Source: Botryllus schlosseri (Eukaryota). From it: 64,000 bases of DNA. The DNA is taken from contig CM119372.1 of the NCBI GenBank assembly GCA_051294905.1, positions 6,388,001 to 6,452,000 on the forward strand. The letters are read 5' to 3'. Below, piece after piece: positions 12,501 through 24,809 of the stretch. The notes beneath the pieces were generated by a model, which was given only the letters and a program-made list of their open reading frames with translations, made no database searches and had not been told where the DNA came from. The translations under genes and the position numbers were made by a program. Each line of letters opens with the position of its first letter. Within the stretch, counting starts at the first letter, position 1.

Positions 12501-13881
12501 CAGTGGTTCTCAACCGCCGGTCCGCGGACCGGTGCCGGTCCGCGACGACATTCCTGCCGGTCCGCGAGGAATATTACAATTTTATACTTTAATTTCAAGA
12601 TGCAATGTTAAAGGCTTGTCCTTTGATAAAATAAATTAAAACATCTACTTTTAAACTGATTCAAAACTTCGTGAGGTAACATTAGGGCTAGAAACATGTT
12701 CGATTTGACTTGAAGTACAAGACGTTTCATTTGACGACATGCGAGCGACAAATACAGAACAGATACGAGCTCACTCATCGCTAAGCAGCGCAGTTTGATC
12801 ATTGGTTTTCGATTCATTTATTTTGTGCAGGACCGTAACTGGGGCACCCCAAACCGCCCAATTGGAGAGGGACCGAGCTTGAAAAGGGCCCAAAATTATT
12901 TCCCAAATGAATATAAATCATAGCGTTCTATTTGAAACTTTTTCCAACATTTTTCTATTTCTTTTCGGGCTTTGCACGATTTAGTGTCCCTAAATGCCTT
13001 GCTTATTAGGCTCCCTTCTCCGAGAAATACGCACGATTTATAGGCATTTCGGCGTCAGCCATTGCCGCACCACGACGTATCCACACATAATGAAGTTTAG
13101 GTTAATATATGGGACTCCGAAATTTGGGCCTAAAATTCGACCGCGAGAAAAGCGCTTCAGTCGTGAATGATCGAAAATTGTCGCCATTGTCGCGATAAGC
13201 TACGTAAACTCTCTGCTTACGCTGAGTAGAACGGATGTGATCACAAGTACAGGTGAAAACATCCACCCAAGTGTAGGGTCTTGGGGCGAAGCCCCCTTCG
13301 CCCCCAGAAGTTTGGCTTATCGCCCTGTGGGGGCCCCAAGATCCAAGTTTTTTGGGGTGGGCTGACGAAGTGCTTTTTTGGCCCAGATTTGCGGATGGCC
13401 GGTATAGCTGCTGTAATGTGTTTTCTTGTGGCACGCACTGTATTCGCAGTTGCCGGAGTAGCCTGCGTCTGGTGGCAGTGGGAAATGAGCAAGGTAGCAC
13501 GACAAGGTGCTTGGTTCGACTCCTATACGCTTCTTCGCTTAATATTGTCGGTCGGTATTGAGTTGGCGTGGCCGTTTAAACCCGCGGCCTTTGGCGCGAA
13601 AGACTGTAAACGACTCTCAGCGGTATAGCACGTTTATCTGGACAAGGCAATTTTACCTCGACTTGGCAGACTCACTACCATAAAATCACATGCATGCCAT
13701 CATGAATATTATTAAATACGATCAAACCCCTTCAAATGTCACTCTCTAGCATCATATAATTGCCAAAAACGGTTGCATACTTTACATTTTGGCTTCATTT
13801 CAATTTTGACAGCTCACCGGTCCGCCAGACATTTTTTGAAATTTTACCGGTCCTCGAGGCGAAAAAGGTTGAGAACCACTG
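12501..13881. mobile_element. Charlie-type hAT non-autonomous element containing a family-A fragment from about 12828
   Basis: TIR CAGTGGTTCTCAACC...GGTTGAGAACCACTG; perfect TSD cattagac. Confidence 0.9.
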
Positions 13882-15979
13882 CATTAGACTACAATGTTAA
13901 AAACGAATAATTCAAGTCACCCTTAATCGAACCGCAACGCATTGGTGTTGCAGCTGTGGAAAGTACCTCTATATGCTATCTCGCCACACGGCTGCAACGT
14001 ATTGGAAATGCTAAATGCTAATTAGGGTTCGACCCCCGAGACCCCTGTCTACGCCCCTGCAATTATGTACACTGCGCTTTTTATAAGCATCTCGCAGGAA
14101 GTAGCAATTCAAAATGTCTGAGCTCTTTCTCAAGAATCATTAGTTATTGCTCTGTGTATAGTCCTGATTTCATATTTGAGAATTCTCCTATCAACAGTCA
14201 TAAAATATCATGCCATCCAACTATCCACTGGGATTACCAGCATTCTGGTTGCATTTTGTGATATGACGATAAGGGGGGAGGGGGCGCGAAATATTTCACT
14301 ATCATAAAGGGGAGCGTGTCTGAAAAAGTTTGAGAAACTCAGTTATAGACAAATATCGCACGCTGAACACATGTCAAATCCATCTTGTTCTACTCCAAAA
14401 GTAACCAAAAAGTCGGAGGTGGCCAACCATTTTTGCTATTCACGGCCGCATTTCGATTGCTTTTCTAGCCTACGGCCTCGTTCCAGTGTATATCCGTATT
14501 GAACTAACTCGACACCAAATGGCCATGTTGAACTGTCCATGTCCATTTCCGGTGAACTCCGGACTAATGTACTTTTTCATTTCGGCTTACTACACACCGA
14601 AATCGCGATTGTTCATGTTAGGAATAGTTACTGGGGCTGATTATTGTTCAGATTCACGAATAAATTTCGTCATTAATACTAGTAGTTTCACATATTACTA
14701 TCAAATATTTATCCTTTGTCTACCCATGTGATCAGATTCATTGGTAGAGTTGATGGAGCGAGTGTTTTCGAAAATTTAGGTCAAGTTATAAATGGTGATG
14801 CATCTTCGTGTGGGCCAATTGCTATTAGTCAATTTGTTACTGTTATTTCTTGACCTCCAATCAGGATTGTCGATGTAGTGGAACGATATTTGAATCACCC
14901 AAACGGACCAGAAACAAGTTTATATCGCGAGGAGCAGACGATTCCAAGTTGGTATATCTATATGGGGCGCATCATTTTTCGCTGCCCTTAGCATGTGTAC
15001 TGTGGGGCTCAGATTGAAAAGGAAGCTACTATATATTAAAATCGAAAAACGAAGTCGCATTGAATCGCGCGTAGCGCGAAGGATATCGCCAAGAGTAATT
15101 AAAACTCAAAAATGCGGAAGTCAATTCGTAAATCCAATTTGCATGTCGACGGCCGCAGAAAATTCCTTCTACGGCCGTATGTTGGCCAACCCTGCAATAA
15201 GTCCATTACCAACGTTTAAATGATGAGAAGCATTCGCTTATGACATCACAAAAGGAATGCAACTGCGTACAGTCGACATGACCAATATACTATATTGGAC
15301 ACCCGGTCAACATGTTCTAAAGCAGTGGTTCCCAACCTTTTTGGGTAATCTTATAGCTGGCGGCCAGAGCGCAAAATTTAATTAAACCGGTCTCAGTCGA
15401 AATATATTTTCACACTGATTCCGAAAATATAAATTAAAATCTGTTCCGGGCACTTGAACCCCCCTCCAAAAAAATTGCCCTCAAAGTTCGAACTTTCCAT
15501 TGTTCCGGACAATGGGAACGCCTGAGATGAATGGTCGATTAACGCCTCTTACTGAACGTGACGCCATTGAGCGTCTCGGTGAAGTCGAGTCGTGTTCACC
15601 ATGACTCTCGGAGTATTTTGAGTCGTATCAATCGCTGTAACGCGAATACGTCCCAATGAGAGTAGTTTTTGTCGTCGAGCATTTGCAGATCTCGTTAAAT
15701 GCAAATGATTGCACAGAAGACTACGCATATAGCAGGCCATTTTGCGTCGTATCATTCACTGTATACCAGGGATGGGCAATTACAATGTTTTTTTTCGCGG
15801 GCCAAACGAGAAGCAGAAAATACGTTGGCGGGCCAAGTCAAAAATGTTAGCTGTATTCTCCAGCGTATTAATTCTATTTTTAAATTGAAAGTAACAGTTA
15901 TTTAACAAAAGACAATATTCATTTACCGTTACAATTCAAAACAATGGATTACGCATGGGAGGTTCGTAGGCTGCGTAAT

Positions 15980-16194
15980 CCGATATTCTTCATATTTATT
16001 CCGTAACTGCGGATTCACGGCCCCCTTCTAGGCTTTTTGTGAGACACCGCTTACGCGGATGAGGTGGCGAGGAGGAGCCTAGATAAACCTTCAGCACTTA
16101 GGTATAGGAATTCTGAAGTCAACTTCGGTCGGACTCGAACCCACAACCCATTGGTGTTGCAACCGCGGGTCATACCACTGCGCTATATCACCAC
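15980..16194 (-). mobile_element. tRNA-derived SINE family 1
   Basis: Minus strand: A box TAGCGCAGTGG, B box GGTTCGAGTCC, then a non-tRNA body; copies at 23785-23980 (+) and 39947-40170 (-). Confidence 0.85.
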
Positions 16195-16805
16195 TTCTTT
16201 ACATGTAGGCAACCCAACCAAAGCGAAAATAGCATGCCAGTGTGACTTGGATGCGTACTTGGCATCAACCCCACGCAATTCCAGATGTGTGACTGCAGGT
16301 GTGCGACATCTGGTCCGAGTAAATGTAGCGATTATAAATATAAGCAATTGCAATATGATTAACGGTGATCAGTGATATAATTGGTCTGCGAAGTCGGGTT
16401 GTGAACAGCAATATAACTAATTTATTACCACATAAGTCAGTTTTTTCTGGCGGTTCCGCTACCAAGACAGACTTGAATACGTAACAAAATTAGGAATAAG
16501 GACATTAAATATAATAGTTGATCATCTTAACAGGGCGAAGAATGGCGAATGAGGGCAATATGACTGCTGTGAGACGAAGAAGTTACAGGCGATAACGATG
16601 AAACGATGGGAAAATGACTCCGGGGATTCTCGCAACTGTGTGATGACGATGTTCGATCAAGATTCACAGAGATGCCTTTAACTTGGTCATTATAATTGTG
16701 TTGTTGATATGTAAATTTGGTCGTTGTAAATATATTTGCAGCCTTTGTGAAATGGATTAGTAATTATGGTTCAAGTTTACTCATAAAATTTCGTCATTTC
16801 AAAAA

Positions 16806-16940
16806 TCACAAGACTGCGATACAATGAAAGATAGGCCGGTGCCGAAACGACTTGGAGTAGTCTTTGAGATCATTCACCCACCTGGGCCTAGGCGATGTAA
16901 ATAGGAGGCATGCACACTGAATGAAAGTAAAAGAAGACTC
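16806..16940 (-). mobile_element. 3' UTR fragment of the L2-group LINE seen at 55970-59021
   Basis: Shares gacttggagtagtc..cacccacc.ggcctaggcgatgtaaa with 56030-56160. Confidence 0.7.
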
Positions 16941-16989
16941 ATGTCTGATGACTCGTGCAGCCCTCACATCTCTCCAAGAACCGGGTAGT

Positions 16990-17500
16990 TTTTTGCATAT
17001 AGAGACAAGCAGAACCGAGCCAACACAAAGCTCAGCTACCAGAAGGTGGTGCAGATTATCTTCAGTGGCCGATGGAAGAGCTTCGGCTCTTTCCAGTGGA
17101 ATGGCGGGATAAACGAACTCTCCATGACTTGATTCTTGCCGAGATGGGTACAATCATTCAGACCGATGAATGGGGAGACGACAATGGTCTCAACAGAATC
17201 GAATACCATCACTACACTGTGAACCACACCGATTATTTCGTCTCGCCTGATACAGGTGCTCATACACAATGTATTGAAACATCCTGGCGCCCGGTCAAGG
17301 ACAAGCTTCTGCGCATTATGCGAGGAACATCCCCTATCTAGCTCCTAGCTCCTATCTCCCAACGCGGCGGTCTTGAAACCGCCCTTTTCAGGGCTACCTT
17401 TTCATAAACAGCCCTCTGCACGGACACCTTTTCACCAACAGCCCTTTTCAGGGCTACCTTTACACAAACAGCCCTTTCAGGTCTAATTTTTGGTGGCAAT
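16990..17500 (+). pseudogene. Merlin/ISXO2-like (IS1595-family-related) transposase remnant followed by about 30-bp subterminal repeats
   Basis: RDKRTLHDLI..GTIIQTDEW..YHHYTVNHTDYFVSPDTGAHTQCIETSW is the characteristic ISXO2/Merlin DDE C-terminal motif. Confidence 0.85.
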
Positions 17501-17543
17501 GTTGTAAGATTTCCCGTGGCGTCACTGTTGCACTCTCTCAGCA

Positions 17544-17786
17544 TAAGGTTACCCAACGTCCTCTTTCAAGGGGATTTGTTCTCTTTATTTTACTTTTATG
17601 AAAGTGTCCTCGAAGGACGCTCAAATCTACTTTTTTAGAGAATTTTGGTTAAATATAGGGTAACATTCGACTGAGATACAGTAAATAAGCACTGAAGTAA
17701 CGCTCCGGCGGCTATTTCGGGAGCTGAGCCGGAAAGTTAACTGAAAAAGTGTCCTCTTTTTAGACTTCCAAAATATGGTAACCCTA
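17544..17786. mobile_element. MITE family G copy
   Basis: taaggttacc...ggtaacccta; TSD tctcagca/tctcagga. Confidence 0.8.
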
Positions 17787-18586
17787 TCTCAGGAGAGCAA
17801 CCGATTGCAACGTTTATTCGATTTCATCGCATTACAACCTTATGTTTTTATTGTTGAGGAATAAAATATAAAGCAAAATAAGGTTCCACCTGCGTGTAAT
17901 TGGGGTTTCACGACCAATTTAGGACGAATAATAGAAAAGCATACAGGTATCGAGTTTCTTTTCAAGATCCAACGTCGTAGTCAGTGCCAAGACTTAGTCA
18001 GCATGACAATTAGGAACAGAGGATGTAGCCCTACTCTGGGGCAGAATAGGTGTATTCGCCCGTGGGTGAAATAGGTGATAGTGAAGGTCAGTGGCGTAGC
18101 AGCCACTCGGCGTTTATGGCTCTGCGCCAGGGGCGACAGGCTCCAAGGGGGCGGAAAAATGAGGGTGCACAGTGCACAGTGCACACAACATCCGGCTAAA
18201 AGCAGCGTATATATGGAAGTCCTTTAGCTGGCGACCCGAGAGCTCAAATTTATTCAACTGCGGGGTGTTAATCGGAAAGCCCGAAAAGTTCAGTTTTGAG
18301 GCGGCTATTGGCGGCCAACGTTTTCGGCTGAAGGGCCACATGAGATTTCCGAATCACTGCGCGGGCCACGTGGATGTTGAATGTTGATGACCTTTAGTCG
18401 TCCGATAGGAGCGAAATGGATTTTATGTAACGATGAAAACAAGACTTATATTACTACGCATCAAAATCGACAACAACTATATCATGAAAAGTCAGCGTGC
18501 ATAGTGCACTCATCAACTAACCGCACAAAGCGCTAGCATTTTTCAAAGTTAATAAGTGCATGAGTTCGGCAAATACTAATATCACT

Positions 18587-19896
18587 CAGAGGTGGTCAGT
18601 AACGAAGTACTTCTACTTTTTGGAAGTAGTCAAGTAGTTTTCCCCTACTTCTGGTACTTACTCAAGTAGTTCTGATTTTCTCTACTTCTACTTATACTTC
18701 GTAATATTGTGTGATCTACTTACTTACTTCTCGCTACTTTAAGTTTGTCAAGTAGAAGTAGTTTAATCCCCAATGCGAAAGATAGCCAGAGGAATTTATT
18801 TTGGGGCTGTTTTCACGAAGTACCCACATTCAATATTCATAAAAGTCAAGTAAAGCCCAGAAATTTTGTTGCACTTCGCGCACAGTAGTTATGCAGTGAC
18901 AAATATGTTTTCAACAAAGTATCAGTGAATGTGATTTAGGTGCCGGATTGCTTGGTTCCGCTCACACCGCATTGTCGCCCATATTAAATATTTCATCACA
19001 GTAAATATGGCCCACCATAACGTTTGAAACTACCGTTTCGCAATCTAGCAATTACCTATCATTTCGTAATCTAGCAGCCCATGACTTGTCCGGCTAATCT
19101 GGAAAATCTGGATTTTTTCAACACCAGTTTTAGCAGATCACATTCAAAGCTTTATGGACAAATCACATTCAAAGCTTTATGGACAAAAGACATGAACTAT
19201 ATTTTCCGCTTTTTTGAAGTGGTATTTGTATTTCATATTCAATTCCGAGTATCATACCTAGAGTTCTAATTACTTTCAGTTCTTTTGTCTGCAGAACATA
19301 GGCTACATGCTGAAGCATAAAAACAAGCGGAGTAATGCCTCTATTTCCCGAAAAAAAAGCTACATTGATTATAACTTTTACGATCCACAATATTTGTTAT
19401 TACGTATACTAATCGCGCAAAGTGTTGAAACCGTTTCCGATACAACTTCTCCATATTGCTCTTCGCCTAAACTTGGAGCCTTATAATATGGGGTAGGGCG
19501 CCATGCCCCGATATTCTTTAAAACGGGGTCTTCTACTACACAAAGCGTTAGTATCGCATTTTCATATCAATACTATAATTTGATTCCCATTATGCGATAG
19601 AATGCTTATTCTGTCGAAAATTGATACCTCCTGGGATACATCAATACGAATCAAGCTCTCTGCACCTTCCGCATAGCTCAATTTGCAGCTTTTGACAGTC
19701 CATGCGAACGAATTAAGACTGTTTTCAAAACTACTTACTTACTTGAGCAGATTTAAAGTCAGTCAATTCTACTTCTATTTCAAGTAGTTTTAGGTTGCTT
19801 ATGGAAGTAGTACTTCTACTCGTACTTGAGTAGATTTTTTATTCGCTACTTCTACTTCTACTTGAGTAGCTTTATTGGCTACTTTGACCACCTCTG
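18587..19896 (+). mobile_element. MITE family D, copy 2
   Basis: TIR CAGAGGTGGTCA; TSD atatcact/atgtcact; colinear with 3105-4333. Confidence 0.92.
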
Positions 19897-20357
19897 ATGT
19901 CACTTGCATATATTGCAGGTCGCTTCTGTATGCCACTGGGCTCATTTGCCAGGGACAGGATTACTCTATGTTTAGACATATAAATATCGAAGATTCCGGC
20001 GTAGTTGCGTCTATCATTTTGTGCAAAAGGTTTCATCGCCAACCACCTTTCTGCAAGTGCATATGCGAAGTCGGATGTTGGACGACAAGTTCTCTCATAA
20101 TTGCGACAATTGTCAGACTACTGTAGACTGTCCTGTATAGTGTGTTTAACAAATGGGTCTATTCCCCACCAGAAACCATTGAATTCCCCACCAGTGGGGA
20201 ACTCCCCACCGGTTGGAAACCACAATTCTAAAGCATAAACTTGGCCTATTTATTGTGATAGCTGGTCAGTGGTCATTGGTCTATTTTAATGCGGACCTGG
20301 TACACTCAAGGACACCCCATCGGAGAGGTACACCATAGTGTCCTATATGGTGTAGAC

Positions 20358-22942
20358 TGGGGATGGTGTGAACGTGAAGTTCACGTTCGCGTTCTGTTTG
20401 TGAACCTCGGAAATTTAGAGGTTCACGTTCACAAATGAACCTTGGTAGGTTGCACTGTGAACCTTTTTCATATATTACAATTTTCACGTCATTATAACAT
20501 CTTTGGTTGAAATTTATTGCATTTCAATTGCGGGCCACTTTATACATGGTGCTGGCAGCATACAAAATCACCACTAAACGAGCATGCACCTTGAAAATCA
20601 CTAAGATTTTACCAGCTTTGTTACAAAAGTTTGCTCGAAATATCCAGCTTTCTGTTTGTGAATATTTTGTGACTTTACCGTGAGCTTGACCGGCAATCAC
20701 ACAACATCGATTAGTGCTTATTCAACCAGTCAATGAAATTAATTTCGTTGTCTGATGTAAAAATCGATCTCGGGGTCCATCTCGATTTCATATGTTTATT
20801 GTATCACAAAAACCAAATCCGCACAACTGTGATGTTGGCTACTGCTGTATAACTTGTTAATGCGGTACAACCCATAGCACACTCTGCTCAATATGAACGT
20901 AGCAACACTCAGACGCCGAATAGGCCTACATGGTCCGGTCTGGCCTAGACCGTTAAGGCGTAAGCTTGTATTCCCATGCAAGTCCTCGTTAAAATTGTTG
21001 GCAAGGGACGGAAGATATTGATTTTATGGGATTATCATTTGATTGCTCCAGTTGATTTTGGCGACGTTTGAAAGGTCAGTATGTGCTTCATCATTGTGGC
21101 ATTATGTGGCCCGAGTCGTCGCTATAGGTATCGTGTACATTAATATATATCACTTCATTGAAATGTAGGGTTGGAATTAGCAATATGACGTCACATGGGT
21201 AAGTCGACTTAAGTATCGTAGGCCCCGTGTAGCCTGATTCTGGTTCTGATGAGTATGGGCTATTGTTACTGTCATTGCCGAGGTCAAATTATATCAACGT
21301 TAGAATTTGCCTTCGATTAATATTGGAACACATCAATAACAAATTCAATATAATCATTATTGACCCATGTTAATTGCATTGCTTCTTAACCTATTAAGCG
21401 ATAGTACCCCTTGTGCTTCCAATAAGATTTCTCGTAGCAACTGTCCATTTTCAACACAATTTCTGCTGGTACCTATCTTAAAATCAGAAAGCCTATTCAC
21501 ATAAAATCGCGCATTGGGCGAAGACTCTTTTCCAGTTGAATAAATTGGCCAATAAAATATTTCTCAGCATATGGGCCTTATTCCACAATGCATCTCGTAC
21601 ACCCTGATGTGGTGCTTCATACCCCGACGGGGTCTACGGACCCTAATATAAATGTCCAATCGGCGAATAATTCATTTGTGTTACAGCTGTAAAGCGTACT
21701 ACTACTCGCCACCGATAATAACAACAAACAAAACCCAACAAACTATAAGTCACGTGGGTCACAGAAACCAATGGTTGCCATACTGATCTGATTAGATAGC
21801 TATATACCCTACCCAACGCAAGCTACGGACCTTTTGATATATTACTATTCCCCTTGATATATTACTATTCCCCATGACAGTTTCATAGATTGTGCGTCCG
21901 TATAGGTTCACCAAGTTTCGAGTCGCAATTCCTTCTCTGATTTCAACGTTTGACCCGACTCAACTCGAGTCATCTGTATTTCATCACATATTCAATCCGA
22001 AATCGAGTAATTTTACGAGAAGGTCGCACCAAACCAAATCACAATTATCGGTCACGAATCATCAACGGGTCGTGTTTTATCATCATGAACTAGAAATGTG
22101 ACGTAACAGTTGATCTTCTACCGCATTGTAGCTTGACTGTTTATTCACACAACATTGGCGTTTATTGCCTACAAGGTCATTTGCGCCCAGTACATTAATT
22201 TCAGTAATGTCTTTAGGTTTTTGCTCTTTCAACTTGGTCATTTGCTGCCATCTTTCTAGAGTTTGGCTCTCTCTTCCTCTGGGCTTTTCAAGGCGCTGCA
22301 TGTACAGCGGGATCGGCGATGAGGAGCCCAGATAGACCTCCGACACATTGAACCATGGCAGAGCCGAGACTCGAACCAGCAACCGTTGGTGTCGTGACTG
22401 CAGTGTTTAACCAACTGCGCCACTCGCTTCCCCGCTCGCTTCCCCTTATCAGTGATATGATAGTGAACTTTGTTGAGATTTCAGTGATTTTTAAACTAAT
22501 TTTAGCGTGAACTTTAAGTTCTTATATCTGAAAAAGATATATGGCACTTGAATATATTGTTGAATACTTGAAATTCCAAAATGCCGTCGCGGGCCGTACA
22601 AAACGCTCTTGCGGGCCGCGTGTTTGAGAGCTCTGGCCTAGACCGTTAAGGCGTAAGCATATATTTCCTTTGTCCTCGTCGACATTGTTGGCAAAGCGAC
22701 GGAGAATCTTGATTTTATGGGATTATCATATCGTTTGATTGTCCCCGTTGATACATTTGGCGACGTGTAAAACGTCAATATGTACTTCAGCATTGTGGCA
22801 TTGTGGCATCACTTCACTGAAATGTAGGGTTGGAATTCGCAATATGACGGCATGCGATTCATGTTCGCGTTCTCACAGAACCTTTTCTTAAAGGTTCACG
22901 TTCAGACGAACCTGAACCTTTCAGAGGTTCACACCATCCCTA
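20358..22942 (+). mobile_element. MITE family C, copy 2, expanded by internal insertions and a duplicated segment
   Basis: T(G)GGGATGGTGTGAAC...GTTCACACCATCCCTA; perfect TSD gtgtagac. Confidence 0.85.
22280..22431 (-). mobile_element. tRNA-derived SINE related to family 1
   Basis: Minus strand: TGGCGCAGTTGG (A box) ... GGTTCGAGTCT (B box). Confidence 0.7.
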
Positions 22943-23319
22943 GTGTAGACACAAGAAAATCTCACGGCTCAGGGAAATTGGTCCACGTCACACTTTCCAT
23001 TTGGTCGAAGGTATAATTTGTCGGTAAATTTTGACCGACTTACCAAGCAATAAATTTGATAAAACGGCTATCAATCGAAAGCGGTAGGCTGTACTGATGA
23101 CGAAAATATAAATTTTATTCCACCCCTGGTCCTGGAAACCCTCAAAATCAGCCTCGAATGTTGCATTGCAACGGGGTTTGGTATTGTGACGCAACCATGC
23201 CGTCTGAGCAGCTCAGGAGCAAGTGCGCATGAGAGTGAGAGTGTGAATGCTCAATCGGATGCGCAACGATGGCCAATACGTTTGCGGTTTGCGCTGCTTC
23301 TCACCTGCTCCCAAACGTC

Positions 23320-23440
23320 ATGGTCTCCGATCGTTCGAGCCTCGTCATAATTGATCACGATAGCATAAAGGAGGGGGGTTGCTTCGGGAGACGGTCGATG
23401 GAAAATGTGCCAAGGAAAATATGTTTTGTCGAGTCCCATC
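23320..23440 (-). pseudogene. Polinton/Maverick adenain-like cysteine protease, N-terminal remnant
   Basis: With one frameshift: TKHIFLGTFSIDRLPKQP / YAIVINYDEARTIGDH, matching F.G.F..D.LP...I.N.D....G.H(W); lies directly after the capsid stop. Confidence 0.6.
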
Positions 23441-24350
23441 TCATATCAAGGTCACTTTACGCGCGCTACTGATTTGTGACAGCTTGTAAAATTCCATGAA
23501 ACAGAGCAAAGTAGTTTCAGCTGATAGCCCGGCAACGGGATACGTGATACGTAAACCAAGTGTAGCGGACTTTTGTAAATCAAAGCATTTACTCAAATCT
23601 TCAGGGCTCAAATTATAAACCAGTAGGCAGTAACCAATAAATAATTCGTCAGGTGTAATGAGGCATCTGTTTCTCTCCATAGCCCTGGTGCCTTCAGGTT
23701 ATGGTAAAGCTCAATGTAATGACGCTTGTTGAAATCTAGCTCATAAACACTTTCCGGAATCAGAAATTCGTTCAATTTCAGCTCGAGTCGCTGCATCACC
23801 AACGGGTTGCGAGTTCGAGTCCTACCGAGATCAAGTCCAGAATTCCTACCAATGTGCTTGATATTTCTTTCTGCTCCTCGGGGCCATGTGATCCTCAAAA
23901 GCTGTGTCTTAAAAAAGGCCTACAAGTGAGCCGTGCTACAAGTCGGTAAATACGGAATCATAATATGGAATATCGGCCTGTTGTAAAATTACTAAAGTAG
24001 TCCAAACCCCATGAATATCAGAATCAACCATAACAAAAAAGCAGATTAGATTTTCGAAGGAACATATCACGTCCAATCAAGTCATTTCTACCCAGCAGCT
24101 CATTTTAAAGATCTGTAATAGTGTATCTTTGGAGAATAGTGCTTACCTCCGACGCGATGTCGTGGAGTAGATTACGAGGTTTACCAAAGCAGAGGCGCTT
24201 AACTGTGCAAAATTCATCATCGTGGCGGCGGTGGCGTACAAGGTTTCATTATGCGATAAGCACCAGCGTTGCTGTTGCGTCTGTGATACGACTTCCGTAG
24301 GAAAATTTGTTTCAGTTTCTACACTTTCTCCGAATCGAGTGGTCGCTCAA
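23441..24350 (-). pseudogene. Polinton/Maverick major capsid protein remnant (C-terminal half), split by a SINE
   Basis: VPSKI/FVMVDSD..G upstream of the SINE; downstream IPESVYELDFNKRHYIELYHNL..G / CLITPDELFIGYCLLVYNLSPE..FDLQKSATLGLRITY..LLCFMEF..ISSARKV resembles the Polinton MCP C-terminus. Confidence 0.6.
23785..23980 (+). mobile_element. tRNA-derived SINE family 1, 5'-truncated
   Basis: B box AGTTCGAGTCC; 3' end ggaatatcggcctg as in the other copies. Confidence 0.75.
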
Positions 24351-24362
24351 TATATACTCAGC

Positions 24363-24593
24363 AGGAAGTTACCATACGTCCTCCTCCGGGAGGATTTGTC
24401 CTCAGTTTCAAGAAATTGAAGATGTCCTCCGAGGTCGCCCAAATATCCTCCTTTTTGGCAATCCGTGCTCCTTGAGTCAACACAACAGTATTTCTAGTAA
24501 AAGTTCTAAAACTTCTCGTCCGGTTTTATATCAAAAGTTTTGTGATTTGTAAAAAGTGTCCCCTTTGCTGGATCTTAAAATATGTTAACCCTA
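24363..24593. mobile_element. MITE family G copy
   Basis: gttaccatacgtcctcc...aaaatatgttaacccta. Confidence 0.7.
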
Positions 24594-24809
24594 ATATAGT
24601 GGAAACCTTCTATTGCGCGATCATTATGTGTTTATATTGAGTTGGGCGATTTTTTTTTTACCTAAAAAACGGAAGATTTCGACCTAAAAAATCAAAATTT
24701 TGGCATTTTTTCACCTTAAAAAACTTAATTTTCACCAAATTTTGACCTAACGTATGCAAATTAGGTGTTTTCCCACACAATGTTAGAATTGTGCTACTTA
24801 TCTTCATTT

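Larger units (their letters stand above)
15323..20225. mobile_element. About 4.9-kb composite bounded by Charlie-type TIRs and holding nested elements
   Basis: CAGTGGTTCCCAACC...GGTTGGAAACCACAA with perfect TSD ttctaaag. Confidence 0.65.
20334..23315. mobile_element. MITE family B, copy 2 (interrupted by C2, far end truncated)
   Basis: catagtgtcctatatggtgtagac continues at 22951 (acaagaaaatctcacggctcag), matching the reverse complement of the B1 right half. Confidence 0.7.

Noticed and set aside
16120..16194. tRNA gene-like sequence (also near 22400, 40130 and 51550)
   Set aside because: A and B boxes are present, but there is no complete cloverleaf and each continues into a shared repeat body, so these are SINE heads
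24147..24220. Apparent first exon (GCCGCCACG-ATG, hydrophobic peptide, GAG|GTAAGC donor) on the minus strand
   Set aside because: No downstream exons found, and the segment is colinear with the Polinton-like capsid remnant, which explains the open frame more simply
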